Of a stretch of DNA of 6,801 bases, positions 1 through 5,441 are shown piece by piece. Location: the NCBI GenBank assembly GCA_016748015.1, contig JAAOMT010000537.1, positions 1 through 6,801 of the forward strand, read 5' to 3'. The stretch is from Geosiphon pyriformis uo1 (taxonomy: Eukaryota > Fungi > Glomeromycota). Under the pieces are notes generated by a model. It saw only the letters and a list, made by a program, of their open reading frames with translations, was not told the origin of the DNA and did not search any database. A program made the translations under genes and the position numbers. Position 1 is the first letter of the stretch. Each line of letters begins with the position of its first letter.

Positions 1-1360
1 CCCACTATCACAAAAGGAGGGTTAAATACATGGATACTCAATATAAAGACTGATCCCACCATACCAATCTCAGAGCTTTGTACTGTATTACCCAATCAAA
101 CTACTACGATTACTCCCATCCCCAATACTAAGCATTTGTTCTCAGGACCTGTTTTCACAATGGTTACCGGCCGTACCCAATCAGACTATAAATTAGCTAG
201 CTCTAGTATACCATTCCATATATACCATGGGTATCTTCTATGAGTAAGGAGTGCTTGATTGCTTGATAGCTTCGTACTCAGCCATATATAGTACAAGCTT
301 ACCAATTAAGGGGATCATACCAAACACAAAAATCTAGGGACTGGGTACTCATGATGGCTATTAGGGCCCAAGTGGTACAAGTATCCTATACAACAATAAC
401 CAGAGTAGTCTTACATTAGTAACTGGCCTTTATAATGATACCCATGATCAATCCTCATTTGTTTGCTTCTTAGCCCCAATGTAAAACCCAAATAACCAGT
501 ACAACCAATAAACTACAAGTATCGATCCTGAAATGTATGACTTGTGGTATATCCAGAGGTGGGAGACAAGTAACCAAAAGTATTTATTGATCTGATCCCT
601 TGTTTAGATAGTGTACTGAGGTAAGTATTGCCTCAATTTATGGCTGGTGAAGCTCCTACTAATAAAGGGGCCCTATAGCCAAGTCCCAAAGTTACCGTGT
701 ACTTGTACCACAATACTGTCAGTAAATAGTCTAAATAATGTAAACCAATCCTATGTATCGATTATATGGTTGTGTACTCAGTGGTATTAGTTTCGTAGCC
801 AAGCCAATTACACTGATACAAATCAAAGGGACCATGAGTAAAGCTGCTGCCACGTTACGGTAACTACCCAAAGTACTCCTCATCAAGGATCCTTTGCTTT
901 GGCTAATTTTGATCCTGCAAGCCCTATAAGCTACTAGATGATCAACTATAGGATTTTATCAGGATTAGTGGTAGTCCCAAAAACCAGTCCAATCCCCAAG
1001 GATCCCTTGAGTAATAGTTAAAAGCCAGTACTTCTCTAAAATGCTCATAAACTGGATCGGTATCTGTACTATAAAGTAAGGGGATCTACTACCTCTACAA
1101 GGATTTATGAGGACCCCATGATGGCTGTCCTCAGGTCCAAAAGAGGTATAAAGCTTTGGTTCGCGTCTTCAGTCCATATCCGAACTAGATAGAGTGATTG
1201 CAGTAGTAAACGACTTAAACTTACCCAGGATGGTCAATTTGGTCCCCTCACACAATTTGGTATCTATGGGTTGGGTGGGGGTTTGTTGGGTGGTGGGGGG
1301 GACTACGGCTCGGGGGCGGGGCCGGAGGCACCCCCCCCTCCCACCAGTACACACCCAGGG
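1..1360 (+). repeat. First copy of a 1,360-nt direct repeat (circular wrap-around)
   Basis: 'cccactatcacaaaaggagg...' at base 1 recurs at 5442 and matches, by eye, through '...cacacccaggg' (1360 = 6801). The offset is 5,441 nt. Confidence 0.97.
1291..1346 (+). other. Left Y-shaped (two-armed) hairpin
   Basis: Outer stem TGGTGGG (1291-1297) / CCCACCA (1340-1346). Arm 1 is the imperfect GGGAC-TAC-GGCTC (1299-1311). Arm 2 is a G-run/C-run stem capped by GCC-GGA-GGC (1321-1329). Confidence 0.55.
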
Positions 1361-1610
1361 TAAAACCGGAGGGCAGGAGGCCCCCCCATCCCCCATACCC
1401 CTTTATAGTGGTCACCTCGGTTACACTGGGGCCCATGTGTCATATAGTGATCCGTCGGCACTTGGGAGGCCCAACTCCCTACCCCCACGAAACCTTATCA
1501 ACCCCCAGTGCCCAAAGTCAGATGAATGGATATAAATCGTAATGTATCCGTTTGGGGGGTTGATTCTGGAAGTGGTTGGTGGATGGGTCATATAGGGGCC
1601 ATAGGGTCCC

Positions 1611-1714
1611 TTTTTGCAATGGTTTTGTAGTGTAGAGTTGGGGTCCTGATTTTTGGGGCCTATTTTTGTTTTGGTTTTTGTTTTGGGGTCCCCATTGGTG
1701 AAGGTTTTGGTTTT
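1611..1714 (+). repeat. Low-complexity T4-5/G1-4 tract array (TTTTGG/TTTTGGGG-like)
   Basis: T-tracts start at about 1611, 1623, 1650, 1663, 1669, 1675, 1681, 1705 and 1711, each followed by one or more G. TTGGGG(T/C)C occurs three times between 1638 and 1690. Confidence 0.75.
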
Positions 1715-1901
1715 GAAATGCGGTTGGTGGTGTACGATTGATTGGTGGATGGCTAGTATTTGGTGTGTGGGGCCATAGTTGGGCACTCTGGAGGGTTGGC
1801 TATGGTTTGTGGTCCCTCCACACCCCCCCCCCGCGGGCGGTGTGGGGAGAGAGGTTGGGCTTGAGTTGTTGGGCACTCCCCCCCAGCCCCCTAGCCTATG
1901 A

Positions 1902-1920
1902 GGGGGGCCGGAGGCCCCCC
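1902..1920 (+). other. Perfect 8-bp GC hairpin with GGA triloop
   Basis: GGGGGGCC-GGA-GGCCCCCC read directly. Confidence 0.9.
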
Positions 1921-1926
1921 ATACCA

Positions 1927-1940
1927 TATGGCCGGCCATA
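1927..1940. repeat. Perfect 14-bp palindrome TATGGCCGGCCATA
   Basis: Self reverse-complementary. It overlaps CCATATGG (1924-1931), and CATAGG (1937-1942) can alternatively pair with CCTATG (1895-1900). Confidence 0.9.
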
Positions 1941-1954
1941 GGATTCCGATAACC

Positions 1955-1989
1955 GGTGGAGGCAGGCCGGAGGCCCTGCGGGCTCCGCC
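1955..1989 (+). other. Bulged hairpin with GGA triloop
   Basis: GGTGGAG/CTCCGCC outer stem (one G-T pair), GCAG/CTGC middle stem, and GCC-GGA-GGC cap (1966-1974). Confidence 0.7.
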
Positions 1990-2044
1990 CCAGTGGATTC
2001 GAACCCCCTCCGGGAGGGGGGGGCCTACGGCCCAGGTCCAGGGG
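1988..2044. other. Right Y-shaped (two-armed) hairpin
   Basis: Outer stem CCCC-ag-TGGA (1988-1997) / TCCA-GGGG (2037-2044) encloses two abutting perfect hairpins: CCCCCTC-CGG-GAGGGGG (2004-2020) and GGGCC-TAC-GGCCC (2021-2033). Confidence 0.75.
1995..2005 (-). promoter_or_regulatory. RNA polymerase III B-box / tRNA T-loop-like motif GGTTCGAATCC
   Basis: Plus-strand GGATTCGAACC reads GGTTCGAATCC on the minus strand, matching the B-box consensus GGTTCGANTCC. No tRNA cloverleaf can be built around it. Confidence 0.35.
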
Positions 2045-2941
2045 TACTCAATGGGGACGCAGCTTAGACCCAGGCGAAAGGAGTCCTTACTCTTGTGTAT
2101 ACCAATAGGAGTTATGCAAGGGGAGTTGGATGGGCCATCCTCAGGTATAGTTTTAGCCGTATATACTACAGTCTTTCTTGTATGATTATGGTACGACTGG
2201 CGATCTCACAATGGAGAATTGATGGCTCCCAAAGTCCATGCTCCAACCAATGAGGTATACAAAATCCTCCGTACTGAGTACTGGCTCTTAGGGGCTTGCC
2301 AGGATCTGATTGGATCCATGTGTGGATTAGTGTGTCCTTGGGGTATTATGATATGGTTAGACAAGTCCAAATATATTTGCTTATTCTAGAGCACGGCTGC
2401 CCCAGGTACCCCACCCAATCTTTCAAGTACCTGAACATCACCAACAACTTAGGCAGAAATATGCTCCAAGCCCCAGTATTCATAAGGAATCCAAATCATT
2501 GTTAAATCCTGAAGTAATAAGCCATCAATACACCACACTACATATTGGCAGTATCTGACCCATTAGCCCCGAGTACTCATGGGTACCTAATCATAAGTAA
2601 TCGGTCTGAGTATACTGACCCTCCAAATGCTCTATACTAGGATTCCTCTCCGCGAAGGACTTTCAATGTAGCCAAGTGCCAAAATAACACTTCAACAAGG
2701 GTCCCTTACTACTTTGTACCAACTCTGCCGTCCCATCCCCGCATACCATTCCAAATTGGGGTCCCATGCCCAAACCCTCTCATTACTTGGGCCATATAAA
2801 ACGGGAGTTTGAGGCCCCAATCCTCATATCTGGTAAAGTACCCAAAGCAATTAAAGCCAGCGCCAATCCAAACCATGATCTGATCCATAGGGCCATCACG
2901 ATCAGATAGGGGACACGAGTAGTACACAACCATTTGGATCA

Positions 2942-2950
2942 TAGTATTAC
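2942..2950 (+). other. TAGTATTAC nonanucleotide (CRESS-DNA origin-like), copy 1
   Basis: Exact circovirus/nanovirus-type nonamer inside a 6-bp stem, GGATCA (2936-2941) / TGATCC (2962-2967). The 20-nt loop is atypical. Confidence 0.2.
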
Positions 2951-3349
2951 GTAGCCGTACGTGATCCTTTTATAGGTATTTTTGCTAGGGGTACAAGAGG
3001 ACTGTACCCAACCATTACAAAGGAGGATCCTTGGGTAAGCTATTATCCCATTACCCAATACTGATGGCTTGCCAAAATATCCATGGCCCTGATAGTAACC
3101 ACTATCCTCTCCAACAATCTAAAATCACGCAATAGTCGTATTTGTCACCCAGTAAAGCCCACAGCAATACCTGTTGTCCAAGTTTGAATAGAAATGGTAC
3201 GCCCTAAGTCCCCAAATCAATAAAGTAGTAAATGTAGTGGTCAGATACAGGAGTGGCAGTACTCATAGTGGTCAGTAGTAACAACAAGTCCTTGGTACTG
3301 AGTCTACGGCTCCTACATCCCCGTCAAACTCCCCCCATGGGCATGGTAA

Positions 3350-4147
3350 GGGCTCTTATGGACCCACAATCCTAGTGGATCCTACAATACCCATCCAAGT
3401 TCTCTTAAGCCTTGTGCTTGAACTCCTGGCCCCCCGTCACCAATCAAAGCAATCGTCATTTGATTAAAGGAGCCTACACCAACCACACAACAAGTCTACA
3501 GTGTAAACAACCTCCGTCTCTATAAAATACTTTGTGTCATCCACCATTGCTACACATACTCTCATGGCCATCCGTACTCCAATAAACCACCATCCATTTG
3601 ACACCATCCTCCTGGGAATTTGGGTAGTCTCAGTATCCATATCCCGGTAATAAGCAAAGATACAGTACTGCTCCCCCATATGTGGTACTCAAATCTTTCT
3701 AAGTGGACGGTAAGGGTTGATTCAACTTCCAATTGTTTGGTCATGTCTACTTTGGGGCCTGCAAGTAAATGGTATCCAGGCCCCCCCCCCCAACTGCGTG
3801 TGTACAAAGGACCTGACTTGGTCTCCAAATGATCCCTCATGAGGAAGCCATATAAGTCAGGTACAAATAAATATGTCCATAGTAGACTAATAAAAATAAG
3901 GCCATACCAGGTTGACTCAAATACGAATCCTCACATCTACTGCTACTTACGTACCATTGGATGCCAAAATGAGTACTGACTTTACTATCCCCTTATTGAC
4001 AATGGATCCGTTCACTATGCACTCCTAAATCAAGGTAATTACAAGAGGTATCCAATACTCGTATGGACAGCCACAATGAACTGGGAGGTTAAAGCGCTTC
4101 CCCCCCTGTATCCCAAATGACTACCCATGACTCATGGTGATAAGTAG
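3350..4147 (+). CDS. Hypothetical protein, open only if TGA is sense (translation table 4-like); 265 codons stop-to-stop, 155 aa from the first ATG at 3680
   Basis: Manual translation shows no TAA/TAG between TAA 3347 and TAG 4145. In-frame TGA occurs at 3419, 3461, 3599, 3830, 3977 and 4118. The frame includes track ORF 3620..3832. No family motif was recognised. Confidence 0.2.
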
Positions 4148-4270
4148 AGTGCGGGGGGTCCACTGGTGGTAATGTGTAAACTGTACCCCCTTAGGGTACT
4201 CATCCATAAGTACCATCACCATTGAAGCCTATTATCCAAAATACCATTTAGGTAACAAGCTGGGACTCGA

Positions 4271-4279
4271 TAGTATTAC
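4271..4279 (+). other. TAGTATTAC nonanucleotide (CRESS-DNA origin-like), copy 2
   Basis: Exact nonamer with only a weak flanking stem (GGGA 4262-4265 / TCCC 4283-4286). Confidence 0.15.
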
Positions 4280-5441
4280 CAATCCCTATACCCATTAGGC
4301 TTATGTAATAGTCTTAGTGGTATGAGTACTTGCTTTCTAACTACCACCCAATATAAAACATTTAGGCGATATACCATCCCAATACTGATGTTCAGTAGGA
4401 TCCATTGGTACCTAGTAATACTTCAACAAATACAATACTCTTATAGGATTGGGAGATGGATGGATCAACGATTTGTCCCAACCCCAATGATGGTTGGTAG
4501 TCAGAAAATACATAATAATGGGCTATTGCTCGTCACTACTCAACGTATAACTCCAACAGGTCAGAAATGGATCTCTTTGTGGTAAAGTATACTTGACTCC
4601 TTTGCTTGCTGAGGCTGTGGCACGAAGCAGTAGTACTCATCTGGATAGTCGGCTAATCCCATCCGGAGTAGATCTCGTCATGTTGGGTGGATAAAAGTAA
4701 AAGCATGGGTCTTGGCTCTACTATTTATTAGTATGAGAAAACTCTTTGACCGCCTATAAACTACATTTCTGCTTTGGGCCTTGTCCCATATTTTGGATCC
4801 TGCGCTCAAATGGTCCTCGCCGTCCTTCCTGTTGATACCAATATACTCAATTTAGTACCACCGCCAACAGGGAACTATCCATATGTCATCAAGTCCCTTT
4901 TAACTTTTACCGTACAATACCATAAAGCCCTAAATCCTATATCAATCCTCATGTAACGTACTATAAAGAAGCTCATGATCCTTGTACAAGCCCCCACCGG
5001 ATTCCTACCCATGAAGTAGACTCTCAAATACATTGGGATGACGACCTCCTTACCCAAAGCAACTGCCATCATATAAGTATTAGGCACATATCAGGACCAA
5101 CCATATATGGATTGTATACAAGAATCATGGTATCTTTTGGGAGCTCTCAGTAGCGAGACTGGTGACTGATCGAACTTTAGTCCCCAAATAAGGTACCAAA
5201 CCCCAATCGAGTAGCCCAGTAAGGCTGAAGAAGGTACAAAGACCCCCCAGTTGTTGACTGACGATCCCCATACCTCTAAGTCACCCATTGTGTAGCAATT
5301 ATGGTAGGATCCCTACAAAAAAGGGCATAGGTACTCCTCCTGACCTCCCCCCGCCCACCCCCAACTACAACTGAACTTCCAAAACCCCTGAACAAATAAA
5401 GCTTGTGGACCGTCTTAGACTTGTCATGGTGTTATACATTA

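Larger units (their letters stand above)
1268..2060. promoter_or_regulatory. GC-rich structured non-coding region; candidate replication origin/control region
   Basis: Abrupt shift to G/C runs with CpG retained, whereas the rest of the circle is CpG-poor. It contains many hairpins, short direct and inverted repeats, GC boxes (GGGGCGGGG at 1313-1321, GGGCGG at 1835, CCGCCC at 1985) and TATAAA on both strands (1402-1407 minus, 1531-1536 plus). Function is inferred. Confidence 0.6.
1..5441. mobile_element. Unit-length 5,441-nt putative circular extrachromosomal element with no recognisable genes
   Basis: Terminal redundancy implies a circle or head-to-tail concatemer. No standard-code ORF over 100 aa is listed outside the GC-rich region, and I saw no Rep, RdRp or capsid motifs. 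Classification as an independent element is inference. Confidence 0.6.

Noticed and set aside
528-556. TTGTGGTATAT resembling hairpin-ribozyme loop B
   Set aside because: Lacks the AGAAACA partner strand, the UUAC continuation and the loop A elements.
1108-1175. Hammerhead-like CUGAnGA cores (minus strand near 1167 and 1129; plus strand near 5225 and 5257)
   Set aside because: None is followed by a stem II and GAAA at the required spacing, so an ambivirus- or viroid-like ribozyme is not supported. An Infernal scan would be the definitive test.
1-1260. Ciliate code (TAA/TAG = Gln) or table 4 rescuing a long ORF in this segment
   Set aside because: Manual stop mapping shows TGA and TAA/TAG in all six frames, and the trial translations I made did not look protein-like. 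Only partly checked by hand.
1722-1734. GGTTGGTGGTGTA resembling kinetoplast CSB-3 (GGGGTTGGTGTA)
   Set aside because: Not an exact match, no CSB-1/CSB-2 at the expected spacing, and it lies in G/T low-complexity sequence.
1930-2058. HDV-like ribozyme (starts GGCCGGC, ends AATGGGGAC)
   Set aside because: No P2/P3/L3 nested pseudoknot can be built. The complement of the 3' end lies at 1688, far upstream.
1970-2060. tRNA gene on the minus strand around GGTTCGAATCC
   Set aside because: The T-stem pairs poorly, and no D-arm or 7-nt anticodon loop can be formed.
1169-2185. Overlapping ORFs of 61-172 aa in the GC-rich region (e.g. 1421..1939 minus, 1194..1535 plus)
   Set aside because: They are Pro/Gly/Thr-rich translations of G/C runs and TTTTGG repeats, open in several frames at once because stop codons are scarce. 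No domain features.
3054-4390. 13-mer direct repeat CCCAATACTGATG (3054, 4378); possible CRISPR or periodic array
   Set aside because: A single 13-mer pair is not unlikely in 5.4 kb, and there are no regularly spaced repeats.
5299-5341. Minus-strand AGGAGG Shine-Dalgarno-like motif before an ATG
   Set aside because: It leads only to a 9-codon ORF (MPFFVGILP) and I noticed no comparable case elsewhere.
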